A stretch of DNA of 64,000 nucleotides, taken from assembly GCA_963775685.1 (NCBI GenBank), contig CAVZJV010000005.1, positions 1 to 64,000 on the forward strand, in the 5' to 3' direction. A program made the translations under genes and the position numbers. The stretch is from Candidatus Bathyarchaeota archaeon (GTDB lineage Archaea; Thermoproteota; Bathyarchaeia; Bathyarchaeales; Bathycorpusculaceae). Of this stretch, positions 54,453-64,000 are shown piece after piece. The notes under the pieces are model-generated. The model was given only the letters and a program-made list of their open reading frames with translations. It ran no database searches and was not told the origin of the DNA. Each line of letters starts with the position of its first letter. Position 1 is the stretch's first letter.

Positions 54453-55811
54453 TTAAAATTTTGTTAAGTGGCTTCTCGATTCATTTTTCACGTAAATCTT
54501 TCGCGATGCGATCGAGGTCGTTACTACTAATATTGTTATGGCTGCTACTATGAACAGCACCGGAGGATTCTCGGAGATGATTTGCGCGTTAGTGTCGATA
54601 CCTATTGATGGGTCATGTTCTAAGGTGTTTGACCCAAAGTATGGGTAGCAGATAAAAAGCTGCATATAGTTGTCGGCTGTGCGATAGGCAGCGGTAGTGT
54701 CTTCTAAATAAGCTTCCTGCGTTGTTTGGTTGATTATTGCTGCTTTGTTTGCGAAGTTAAAGAAGCCGGGAAGAGTCTTGTCACTTTGGGCAAACTGCAT
54801 CCTGTAACTCTGGATTGAACCAGTCGGTATACTGAGGGAAGTAGTATCGAATTGTTTAGTGTTTTGCATATGAATCTGGTGCCCTCCTGCAATAATATCA
54901 GTCATAGTCGAACTACCTTCCAACAATCCAGTTGGCGCAAGCGTGCTGTTCTCAGGCACAGTTGTTTGGCCTTCATTAGCATCGCTTAAGGCAATCCCTA
55001 AATCTTGCATGTTAATGGAGCCAAAATCGCACCAAAGAGCCAAACTGCCAGCTTGTGATGGAACCGTGACACCATAATTATTATGCATAGACATGAAAAG
55101 ACCTTCCATGTAGTTGGTGTTCCAACTCCAATCGTTTACGTTAAAACCCATTTCCATCTCTCCAGAACCAATCGTGTAGCTGTACAATCCATGAGGACTC
55201 TTTGTGCTTTGATTATCATAGAACCAGCAATTAAATCGGACATTATTTTGAGTAAATCCAAATTCTGAAGGTGCACCTCTTAGGGTAAAATTAAATGAAA
55301 CGTATCCTGCCCCATTGCTATCTGTGCCTTGACTGGGACCGGCTAAGTCCCAACTGCAGGCGCTAAACGGCAAAAAGGACGGGTGAAAATCAGATACCCA
55401 AGTTTGGTGAGCGTTTCCAATCATGCCCCGAATCCCATTCATGCCCATGCCGCCGCCCATGCCATACCGATTTATCATAAGTGACTGCATGGTCTGCGGG
55501 TTTGCTTCACATTCAGCAGTATAATAACCATTCAAGGGCAAGTACTCTATCAGACCACGGTACTTTACGCTGTAGACTTCGCTTGAATTATCGTTATAGT
55601 ACCAGAGAAACATGGGTTTTTTACCTTGAGCAGGAAAAAGCACAGTTATCGATGAGCTGTTAATCTGCCACCATTGTCCATTATTTGAGACCTGAGGCTG
55701 ACCAAAACTATCATCCGCGTTTTGTGCTGCAGTTTGATTAACAAAAAAAGGAACCATGGCAAAAACAAGCAAAGAAACAAACAATGCACTAAACAAGTTG
55801 GCAGTTCTCAT
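54453..55811 (-). CDS. Secreted, C-terminally anchored protein
   Basis: Signal peptide, GMGGGMGM insert, YP..LEHDPSIG, TM. Confidence 0.8.
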   Translation of the reverse strand: MRTANLFSALFVSLLVFAMVPFFVNQTAAQNADDSFGQPQVSNNGQWWQINSSSITVLFPAQGKKPMFLWYYNDNSSEVYSVKYRGLIEYLPLNGYYTAECEANPQTMQSLMINRYGMGGGMGMNGIRGMIGNAHQTWVSDFHPSFLPFSACSWDLAGPSQGTDSNGAGYVSFNFTLRGAPSEFGFTQNNVRFNCWFYDNQSTKSPHGLYSYTIGSGEMEMGFNVNDWSWNTNYMEGLFMSMHNNYGVTVPSQAGSLALWCDFGSINMQDLGIALSDANEGQTTVPENSTLAPTGLLEGSSTMTDIIAGGHQIHMQNTKQFDTTSLSIPTGSIQSYRMQFAQSDKTLPGFFNFANKAAIINQTTQEAYLEDTTAAYRTADNYMQLFICYPYFGSNTLEHDPSIGIDTNAQIISENPPVLFIVAAITILVVTTSIASRKIYVKNESRSHLTKF

Positions 55812-55954
55812 AAGAAATCTCTATAAGGATCATATTCCGCCCACTTTATTAAACAAATCGCAGCTGCATTGTCGGAGAAAAACAGTAAACAATTTTTTCA
55901 AATTGTTGATTTTCCTCTGACACTTCAGTTTCATGAGGAATAGCTTATTTCTAA

Positions 55955-56584
55955 ATGCTTATTTGCCAATGGCCCTTTCCTCTCACAACAATGATTCTGC
56001 AAAAATCGTTCTATAATCAGGACACAATTACCGTTTCTAAGGAACTTTTGGGAAAAATTTTAGTTCATGAATCCGGCGAAGGCATGACGGCGGGCAAAAT
56101 AGTTGAAACAGAAGCATATCGAGGACCTGAAGATCTAGCGGCCCACAGTTCTAAGGGCCGTCGGACAGCTAGGAACGAAGTTATGTTTGGGCAAAAGGGA
56201 CGCGCTTACGTTTATTTTATCTACGGGTTGTATTACTGCTTTAACGTAACTGCGGGTAATGTGCCGGGAAAACCAGAGGCGGTTCTTATTAGAGCACTTG
56301 AACCGGTAGCGGGTCAGGAAATTATGGCAAAACGTCGAGGACAACAAGTTAAGGTTGGTAACCTAACGAATGGTCCAAGCAAATTATGCATGGCAATGGG
56401 TATATCAAAGACTCAAAACAAAAATGACCTAACAACTCCGCCCCTGTACATTAAGGATACATCATTGGTTTCTCAAGATAATATAGCAGAGACAACACGT
56501 GTTGGAGTGGACTATTCTGGCGAGTGGAAAAATATGCCCTGGCGATTCTACATCAAAGATAACAAGTTTATCTCAGTTAAATGA
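55955..56584 (+). CDS. mpg: DNA-3-methyladenine glycosylase (MPG/AAG); start probably 55991
   Basis: GKIVETEAY, AYVYFIYG, AVLIRALEP, GPSKLC, PWRF. Confidence 0.93.
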   Translation: MLICQWPFPLTTMILQKSFYNQDTITVSKELLGKILVHESGEGMTAGKIVETEAYRGPEDLAAHSSKGRRTARNEVMFGQKGRAYVYFIYGLYYCFNVTAGNVPGKPEAVLIRALEPVAGQEIMAKRRGQQVKVGNLTNGPSKLCMAMGISKTQNKNDLTTPPLYIKDTSLVSQDNIAETTRVGVDYSGEWKNMPWRFYIKDNKFISVK

Positions 56585-56648
56585 GATGAAAACATCTGCT
56601 TTTGTTTATGCAGTTTGTTAACTAAACTCATCATGGCCAGTGTCTCTG

Positions 56649-57899
56649 CTACATTATGAAGGGCAGCACTGCAACCAACAAAACAAGAATTACACAAGCA
56701 AATGTTACCCCAACAGTAATTGTACGGATAGCTTTTTCACTTATCCGCTTGCCTATAGCTCTTTTCAAAGTGATATCGAAGATTCTGCCTCCATCCAAGG
56801 GGTATAATGGCAAAGCATTGAAGATTGCAAGGTTGAAGTTGACAAACCAGATCCAGAAAAGAGTGTTCGCAAGTATTTGCCATTGGGGTATCGGATTTGT
56901 GTAGAAAGGTGCTAAGAAATCTGAAAATGGCGTTAGACCAGAAGCTAAAGTTGGAGGAACCAAGTACATAGCGAGTCGATCTAAAGAGAAGGTTTGATAA
57001 TTTTCTAGTCGTTGCTCAGTAAATAAGTCATAGGTGGTTATTCCCATGATGGTGCGGTTTTCGGATGAAGTTAGGTTAATTGTTGTGGAAAATCTATACT
57101 GCCAACTCTCGCCCCTTGCCACTGTTACCTGAATTGTATCTCCAGCCGTCTTAGTATCTAATATAGCCCTTAACTCAGTGGTGTTAGTGATTGTTACATT
57201 GTCGATTGAAACAAAGACATCTTTTGGCAGTAATCCTGCAGTTTGAGCGGGCAATCCATTTGTGACGTCGTTGACGAATACGCCATCGATTACAGGTGTT
57301 AAGCTGCCAACAAGCAATAGAACACCTAGGAGGCACACAACTGCTACAACGATGTTTGCACCAACGCCTCCAGCCATAACTTTTAGGGCAGTGCGGGGTT
57401 TTGCTTTCTTTATTTGCTCTTCGTCAACATCCACAAAAGCACCAATGGGAACAAACAAGAAAAACAGTAAGCCACTTGACTTAACATTCAACCCAGCGTT
57501 TCTAGCAATAACTCCATGTGCGCCTTCATGAACCACAATAGCGAACACTATTGCAACCCATCCATAGACTATTGGAAGCACAGGGTTAATTCCAGGCAAC
57601 AACAGAATTGATCCTGGCCCCAAGTCTCGAACTACTTGACCCACCCCTGGATTAGCTAACAAACCGATGAGGCTGTTAACTACGAGGTAGAGAGCAACTC
57701 CTGCAACAAATGGTACAAGAACAAGGCTTATCCACGAAAAATATCGCGATGTCCGCAAAGCACCTAACTTGTCAAAGACGACGGCAAACCGTTTTGTCCT
57801 AACAATTAACATTGGAAAATTGAATTCAAGTCTTGGCTGCTTACTTTCTTGCTTCTCGTCTTCAGTATCGGATGCCAAATATACAATCGCTCGACTCAA
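56649..57899 (-). CDS. Site-2 protease (M50) with PDZ domain
   Basis: HEGAH, GAFV, NALPLYPLDGG; PDZ-like insert. Confidence 0.92.
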   Translation of the reverse strand: MSRAIVYLASDTEDEKQESKQPRLEFNFPMLIVRTKRFAVVFDKLGALRTSRYFSWISLVLVPFVAGVALYLVVNSLIGLLANPGVGQVVRDLGPGSILLLPGINPVLPIVYGWVAIVFAIVVHEGAHGVIARNAGLNVKSSGLLFFLFVPIGAFVDVDEEQIKKAKPRTALKVMAGGVGANIVVAVVCLLGVLLLVGSLTPVIDGVFVNDVTNGLPAQTAGLLPKDVFVSIDNVTITNTTELRAILDTKTAGDTIQVTVARGESWQYRFSTTINLTSSENRTIMGITTYDLFTEQRLENYQTFSLDRLAMYLVPPTLASGLTPFSDFLAPFYTNPIPQWQILANTLFWIWFVNFNLAIFNALPLYPLDGGRIFDITLKRAIGKRISEKAIRTITVGVTFACVILVLLVAVLPFIM

Positions 57900-58016
57900 A
57901 AAACGTGATATCTAAAAAATAAACGTTTAGCAAAAAAAATGAAAAGCACTCAAAGACCCCAATATTTAGTGACATATCTACCAAAAACCATATTTCTCAG
58001 AAACTACCAAACAGCA

Positions 58017-58445
58017 TTATAAAGCTCCTCTATTTCTACGACTTTTTAAGTCGTTGTAGGCAAAATAAATTATGATCAAACTCCAAATTAGGGTAGCCGC
58101 ATTTGGAGCAAGGATTAAGGGTTGCATCTGAATGTCGGCAAGGTTTGGAAAGAATGCGTAGTTGCTAAAGATTCGCTGATTTACAGTGATGGCTATTGCG
58201 AGAAAGGGCGCCCATCTCTTTCTTTTGATCAATAAAAGCATGGTTAGTGCAAACAAACACACCGCTATTGCAGCTTCGGTACCGATGATTGAGAACCCTA
58301 AGCGATAAATGCTCCATTGAGTGGCAGGGAAAGCGGCCCAAAGTGTTAATGCTAAACTATCTAAAACTATGTTTGCCGAAACTAAACGGATAAGAATTTT
58401 ATGCGAATTGTTGCGCAAATACTGTGACATTTCTATCCTTTTCAA
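58017..58445 (-). CDS. Membrane protein
   Basis: Four hydrophobic helices. Confidence 0.65.
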   Translation of the reverse strand: MKRIEMSQYLRNNSHKILIRLVSANIVLDSLALTLWAAFPATQWSIYRLGFSIIGTEAAIAVCLFALTMLLLIKRKRWAPFLAIAITVNQRIFSNYAFFPNLADIQMQPLILAPNAATLIWSLIIIYFAYNDLKSRRNRGAL

Positions 58446-58473
58446 CTACTGTTAGGTTGACTTTGTATAAACA

Positions 58474-59815
58474 TTATGCAACTGACTTAGGTATCGATTT
58501 GAATCGTGTACGTCTAAGAATAATAACAAAGCTCACTGTCACCGCTAAAGTTGCCAAAACAAACACCAAGACAGATGGAAGGTTTCGGTTCAAAAAACCG
58601 TCTATGGGTTGTTTTAAAAGAACCTCATTTGGAGTTGGAGAAACCAGAGCTGAGCTGTTTAGTTGAATGATCGCATTGTATTCTGGACTGCCCTCTGAGT
58701 CCAAGCGCATCTTCATAAACTATGTCTAACTTGGAGTCATAATGCTCCAGCAGGCTGCCTAGTTCCATGCTAATTGGAGTCGACCAAGAGTCTGCTTCCC
58801 ATAGACCCCAAATCTTGTCGTTTGGACCACGAAAACCATACGCGTAATCTTTTGGAAGAACAGAAGCGGTCCGGTCGATTACCTGGCTTGTTTTTCGAGG
58901 GTTTTCTTGAGAGTATTGCCAGAAGCGTTTCAAAGCGTCCAAATGGTCTTGAAGCAGAATACCGCCTGTATATTCTTTGTTTGAATTGAAAACTAAAATG
59001 TACTTTGCTCCATTGTCATAGGCTAAAACGAGATCGTTGTAGAGTTCTTCGCCTGATTCTATGTATGGCGGTTGCCTATAAGTCCAAGTTATTATGACAC
59101 CCCACTGTTTGTCTTGTATAGTCGCGGCGCCCCTGCAAAGTCCGACGTTCAATTGTCGGCTGTAGTTCCAGCCAAACTGGGCTAAAAGCACATCATAACC
59201 CGCCCGATAATCAAACTCATAAAGCGCATAATCCGACGTAAACAACGTAGCGTTCGCTCCGCCTGCGTATGAGTTTCTAAACCACTCGACAGATTCTTTT
59301 GTTTTCGCATTGAACTGGCTACTAGCGTTGGCGTAGCTGTCGGCTTTTTGAACCGTTGTCCAATGAGGATCAAGATCCAGCTGTCGCCCCCCAACCTCAT
59401 CAGCATAATAAAAACCCAAAAAATGACTCCCCCAACGAGCCTTAGCGATCTCAAACCAACCTGAAACAGCGGTATTAAACCAACTATACCCCAAGGGATA
59501 GTCTTGATAGACGATGAAGAACATGCCCTTATCGAATAGATATTGGCACGCTTCCTCCAGCTTGAGCCTGTCTTGAGTAACGCCTGTGCAACCCAAAACA
59601 AAAAGATTAGTATACGAACTGATTTCATCAACCAACTGCTTAATCTCAGCTATGCCACCATAGGCTATGTCAACACCCACAAAAACGTTAGAATCACTTT
59701 TGGAATTTGCACCAACGGAAGGAAAAACGCCTATTATAATTGAGCTTATCAGCGTAAGAACCAAAAAGAATCCGTACCATGGAGATAGAGTCTTCATCGA
59801 ACTTTCCAATGGCAT
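58474..59815 (-). CDS. Secreted, C-terminally anchored protein, possibly glycoside-hydrolase-like, frameshift near 58710
   Basis: Signal peptide, FLGFYYADEVGG. The TM anchor is in the overlapping ORF 58474-58716. Confidence 0.65.
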
Positions 59816-59966
59816 TAGCGTATTTTAAAGTTGCCTGAAATCGCAGCGCACTAAAATATGACATACATTTGTGATCAATGGTTGGGCCATAGCTAAAGGC
59901 TAAAGACCTTGTTTTGGCAAAACCTTTATTGTTAACATTTCTTTCAATTTATGTGAGGTTATTCTT

Positions 59967-60197
59967 ATAAAAGCCGATAAATCGCTAGATTGTTTAGGTT
60001 TGTTCTGTCCTGAACCCGTTTTCAACACTAGATTGCAATTGGATGAGATGAAGGTTGGAGAAACTCTTGAAGTCACTGCGGATGATCCGGCAGCCAAATC
60101 TGATATTGAGAATCTTGCCAAAAACTTAGGTCACGAAGTGCTGGAAAGCAAACAAGAAGATGGTGTGACTCGGATAATAATTAAGAAGGTGAAATAG
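59967..60197 (+). CDS. tusA: Sulfurtransferase TusA family protein (second copy)
   Basis: KADKSLDCLGLFCPEP..EVTADDPAAKSDI. Homology extends upstream of TTG 60000. Confidence 0.88.
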   Translation: MKADKSLDCLGLFCPEPVFNTRLQLDEMKVGETLEVTADDPAAKSDIENLAKNLGHEVLESKQEDGVTRIIIKKVK

Positions 60198-60218
60198 TCA
60201 AACAAGAGGGGACATAAT

Positions 60219-61406
60219 TTGGACGACATTGGTAAAAGAAGAATTTATATGGATTACTCAGCTGGAAAACCAGTTGATCCACGTGTAACCGATGCAATGG
60301 TGCCTTTCTTTAATTCACACTACGGAAATCCATCGTCAGTGCATACGTTGGGACAGGAAGCAAAGCAGGCATTGGAAAAAAGCAGAGAAATCGTCGCACA
60401 ATTAATAAACTCCGAGAAACCTGAAGCTATAGTTTTCACTTCAGGCGCGACAGAGAGCAACAATTTAGCAATTCGAGGTACAGCTGGCCGAAATAAAAGT
60501 CGCGGAAACAAAGTCATAACATCCAGCGTAGAGCATATGTCAGTTGTTAACCCTTGTAAATTAATGATCCGAAACGGATTCCAAGTAGCTTTCTTGCCTG
60601 TGGACAAATTTGGGGTTTTGGATTTAGAAAAGCTTGAAACAGAGTTGAATGATCAAACTACACTTGTTTCAATCGTTTACGCAAACCCTGAAATAGGAAC
60701 TATTGAGCCGATTAAAGAGATTAGCAAAATAGTGCATGCGAAAAAGGCTTTTCTACATGTTGATGCCACGGCAGCTTCAGGTCAAGTGCCCATTGATGTG
60801 CAAGATGAAAACATAGATCTCTTGACTTTATCAAGTAATGATATGTATGGACCAAAAGGCGTCGGAGCATTATACATTAAACCAGGCACCACGATAGAGC
60901 CCATAAATCAAGGTGGCGGTCAGGAACGTGGATTGCGGTCAGGAACAGAAAACATACCTGGTGTCGTGGGGTTTGCTAAAGCTGCAGAAATTGCCAAAAA
61001 CGAAATGACTAATGAAAGTAAAAGATTGATCTTGCTCCGCAACAAACTAATTGAAGGCCTTATCGAGCCTATACCAAATTCATATCTTAACGGTCATCCA
61101 ACCCAAAGGTTACCCGATAATGTGTCAGTTAGATATAGCTTCATAGAGGGCGAGTCAATACTTTTGAGTTTAGACATTATGGGCGTTTTTGCATCATCTG
61201 GCTCAGCATGTGCCGCAAAAACTTTGCAGCCCTCACATGTTTTGCTGGCTTTGGGCCTAGAACCTGAGGATGCACATGGTTCTTTGATGCTGACTTTGGG
61301 AAGGGAAAATACTCAAGAGGATGCGGATAAATTAAAAAGTATCATGCCGGGTATTGTTAAGAGACTAAGAGATATGTCTCCTCTAACTCCTAAGGAGTTG
61401 AAATAA
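60219..61406 (+). CDS. iscS: Cysteine desulfurase IscS/NifS
   Basis: YGNPSS, FTSGATESNN, GGGQERGLRSGTEN, SSGSAC. Confidence 0.92.
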   Translation: MDDIGKRRIYMDYSAGKPVDPRVTDAMVPFFNSHYGNPSSVHTLGQEAKQALEKSREIVAQLINSEKPEAIVFTSGATESNNLAIRGTAGRNKSRGNKVITSSVEHMSVVNPCKLMIRNGFQVAFLPVDKFGVLDLEKLETELNDQTTLVSIVYANPEIGTIEPIKEISKIVHAKKAFLHVDATAASGQVPIDVQDENIDLLTLSSNDMYGPKGVGALYIKPGTTIEPINQGGGQERGLRSGTENIPGVVGFAKAAEIAKNEMTNESKRLILLRNKLIEGLIEPIPNSYLNGHPTQRLPDNVSVRYSFIEGESILLSLDIMGVFASSGSACAAKTLQPSHVLLALGLEPEDAHGSLMLTLGRENTQEDADKLKSIMPGIVKRLRDMSPLTPKELK

Positions 61407-61408
61407 TT

Positions 61409-61798
61409 ATGTATTCTGAAAAAGTGATGGAACATTTTAAAAAACCTCAAAATATGGGTGAAATTCCAGATGCCGATGGTGTGGGTTCAGTTGGAAACCC
61501 CACTTGCGGAGACCTAATGACGATGTACATTAAAGTCAAAGAAGACCGAATTGAAGACGTTAAATTCAAAACATACGGTTGCGGAGCCGCCATTGCTACA
61601 AGCAGTATGACCACTGAACTCGCAAAAGGAAAAACTGTGGATGAGGCAATGAAAATAACTCGCGCGAGTGTAGCTGACTCACTTGGAGGTCTCCCAGCCG
61701 TAAAAATGCATTGCTCAAACTTGGCAGCTGATGCACTCCATGCCGCCATCGAGGACTATAAACAAAAGCAGAAAAGTAAAGAAGAGGTGGAAGAATGA
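61409..61798 (+). CDS. iscU: Fe-S scaffold IscU/NifU
   Basis: GNPTCGD, GCGAAIA, KMHCS. Confidence 0.95.
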   Translation: MYSEKVMEHFKKPQNMGEIPDADGVGSVGNPTCGDLMTMYIKVKEDRIEDVKFKTYGCGAAIATSSMTTELAKGKTVDEAMKITRASVADSLGGLPAVKMHCSNLAADALHAAIEDYKQKQKSKEEVEE

Positions 61799-61950
61799 AA
61801 AAAGAAACCGCCAAGTGCAAATGTTGCGATACCGAAATTTCGGGAGAACCTTGTGAGCTTGCAGCTTACACTACCGAAGTAGATGGAAAAACAGTCAGCT
61901 TTTGTTGTCAAAATTGTGCACCACAGGAAAAGAAGGTGATAAAAAAATGA
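61795..61950 (+). CDS. 51-aa Cys-rich TRASH/YHS-like microprotein, not in the ORF track
   Basis: MKKETAKCKCCDTEISGEPCELAAYTTEVDGKTVSFCCQNCAPQEKKVIKK. ATGA overlaps with both neighbours. Confidence 0.75.
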   Translation: MKKETAKCKCCDTEISGEPCELAAYTTEVDGKTVSFCCQNCAPQEKKVIKK

Positions 61951-62367
61951 GTGAAAAAAAGAAATTAGCTTTAGTTGTTCAAAGTGGAACAATCGATAAA
62001 CTATATTGCGCTTTCATTTTGGCATCCACATCTGTAGCCATGGGCTGGGAAGCGCACTTATACTTCACATTTTGGGGATTGCAAAGTCTAGGCAAAGGGG
62101 GCCATGGAAAAAGCAGTGTTACCCGGAGACTACAAACATCTGGAAGAGACTATGCGAAAGAATTTAGAACGTATGAAATACCCCTCGCCTTACGATATGC
62201 TCAAGCGCATCAAGCAATCTGGTCTATGCACGATTTACGCATGTACTCCAACCATGGAAATGTTTGGAATCAAAAGAGAAGATCTGATTCCTGAAGTTGA
62301 TAGCATGGTTGGCGCTGCAACCTTCCTCGACATCGCCGCTGGCGCAGACGTTTCAATGTTCATATGA
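61947..62367 (+). CDS. DsrE/DsrF/DrsH-like protein, frameshift near 62090
   Basis: LALVVQSGTIDK..LYFTFWGL..IYACTPTMEMFGIKREDL..VGAATFL. Confidence 0.88.
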
Positions 62368-62624
62368 TCAGCTAATCTTAAAGAACGGCCATTCATACAA
62401 ACAAACAACAGCTACAATATCAAAACACAACTTTTTATTCAGAAGTTGAGAGCAACGGCTATTTGATTGATCTAAACAGAATGCTATTCAAAACAAAAAA
62501 ATTATGCTAACTCAATTTAGCAGACAATCTTTTTTTATTTAATCAAAATATTTAACCAGCCCATTTTAACGTAAAAGTTAAATGTCAAGTAAGGATTTAG
62601 AAGTTTATTCTTGAAGGTAATTCT

Positions 62625-63854
62625 ATGGCAAACAATAAACCTCTACAAGTATCCAAAGACATCTTTTGGGTCGGAGTCAACGATTCCGAAACCCCCCTCT
62701 TTGAGGGACTTTGGAGCATACCTGAAGGCGTTTCATACAACTCATATCTAGTTAAAGGCTCAGAGAAAACTGCTCTAATCGATAGCGTTCACGAAAAAAA
62801 AACTCAAGAGCATCTCGAAAAAATAAGCCAAATAACAGACCTCTCCAAAATAGACTATTTAATCATCAATCACATGGAACCCGACCATACAAGTGCAATT
62901 CCAACGTTCCTGCAAAAAGCACCCAACGTCCAAATAGTCTATACCCCAGTCGCCCAAAGCATCTTCAAAAAATTCTACGGAATCACCCCCCAAGCAATCA
63001 TTGCTAAAGGCGACGATATGACAATTTCTTTGGGAAACAAGACGCTGCATTTTATTCAAACGCCGTGGCTTCATTGGCCCGAAACCATGAGCACCTACAT
63101 ACCAGAAGATAAAGTTCTATTTTGTTGCGATGCCTTCGGAGCGTTCAAAAAGCTACCGCAAGGAGCCATAATGGAATCAGATATTGACATGGACAAACAG
63201 AACGTTTGCGGATGCTCTCAGAAATATTTTGCTTCCGTCTTCAACGGACAAAAAGAATGGGTTCAAAAGGCCATCGAGAAATTTGAAAAAATGAATCTAC
63301 AGATTGATGTTTTAGCACCAAGTCATGGTCCAGTATATACCCAAACAGTAAAGGAAACATTAAGTCGATGGGCTGGCTGGAGTAAAGGCACCTACAAAAA
63401 AACAGTCATCATCGTTTACTGCTCTATGTATGGGATGACAGCCAAGTGCCTAAGCGCCTTAGCTGACGGTATCACAGAAGCAGGGGGTACGGTGAAAAGC
63501 TTTAATCTCTCAGAAGCCAAGCCAGTTGATGCCTTAACAGCTCTTGTTGAAGCTCCTGCAATGATTGTTGGAACACCCACCTATGAACACGAGATCTTCC
63601 CCAAAGTTGCAGATTTCATAAATTTGCTTAGGACAAAAAAATTTTCCAACAGGTGTGCCGCGGTTTTCGGGAGTTTTGGCTGGAGTGGAGAAGCAACAAG
63701 AAAAACAGTTTCTGAACTTTCTACTTTGGGATTTGAAATGGTGGGGGAACCGCTTCCAATATATGGAAGCCCAACAAATGATGATCTTCAGAAGGCACGA
63801 CAAATGGGCAAAGCAGTCGCAGAAAAAGCCTTTTCCATGAACAATGAAAAATAA
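62625..63854 (+). CDS. fprA: Flavodiiron protein FprA
   Basis: HMEPDH, LHWPE, CDAFG and PSHG diiron ligand motifs plus flavodoxin SMYGMT and GSFGWSGEA. Confidence 0.93.
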   Translation: MANNKPLQVSKDIFWVGVNDSETPLFEGLWSIPEGVSYNSYLVKGSEKTALIDSVHEKKTQEHLEKISQITDLSKIDYLIINHMEPDHTSAIPTFLQKAPNVQIVYTPVAQSIFKKFYGITPQAIIAKGDDMTISLGNKTLHFIQTPWLHWPETMSTYIPEDKVLFCCDAFGAFKKLPQGAIMESDIDMDKQNVCGCSQKYFASVFNGQKEWVQKAIEKFEKMNLQIDVLAPSHGPVYTQTVKETLSRWAGWSKGTYKKTVIIVYCSMYGMTAKCLSALADGITEAGGTVKSFNLSEAKPVDALTALVEAPAMIVGTPTYEHEIFPKVADFINLLRTKKFSNRCAAVFGSFGWSGEATRKTVSELSTLGFEMVGEPLPIYGSPTNDDLQKARQMGKAVAEKAFSMNNEK

Positions 63855-64000
63855 GCACACTACAAAAATCTGTTTTGTCAGCACAATTTTTTTTATAGAT
63901 CAAGATTCTTAGTGTGCAAATTTTTTAATTTTGATTGAAGAAAAAATGTTGAGAAAAATATTATAAAAAAGGTAAAAATATAAAGGTAAATATGGTAGAA

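Overview
An AT-rich archaeal chromosomal segment. The gene complement (paired large PQQ-like beta-propeller surface proteins, a PEF-CTERM protein, a PTO1314-type radical SAM enzyme, GGAGGTGA-type RBSs) suggests Bathyarchaeia, but this is inference. Many conserved genes are broken by single-base indels, which points to an error-prone long-read assembly. The first ~21 kb is an accessory patchwork. It holds a decayed ABC ATPase and a transposase fragment, a ~4.0 kb tyrosine-recombinase element bounded by imperfect 56-bp inverted repeats (3662-7699), an outer 58-bp inverted repeat pair, and a virus-like cluster of small ORFs. It also holds a radical SAM gene bracketed by two unannotated paralogous microprotein genes, and a decayed rSAM/SPASM gene upstream of an intact ORF with a duplicated DCPTPL Cys motif. 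The middle has regulators, secreted proteins and a ~17 kb surface glycosylation locus. The end has mpg, a site-2 protease, a tusA-iscS-iscU-Cys-rich microprotein-dsrE operon and fprA. I found no CRISPR array, rRNA or intact tRNA gene.
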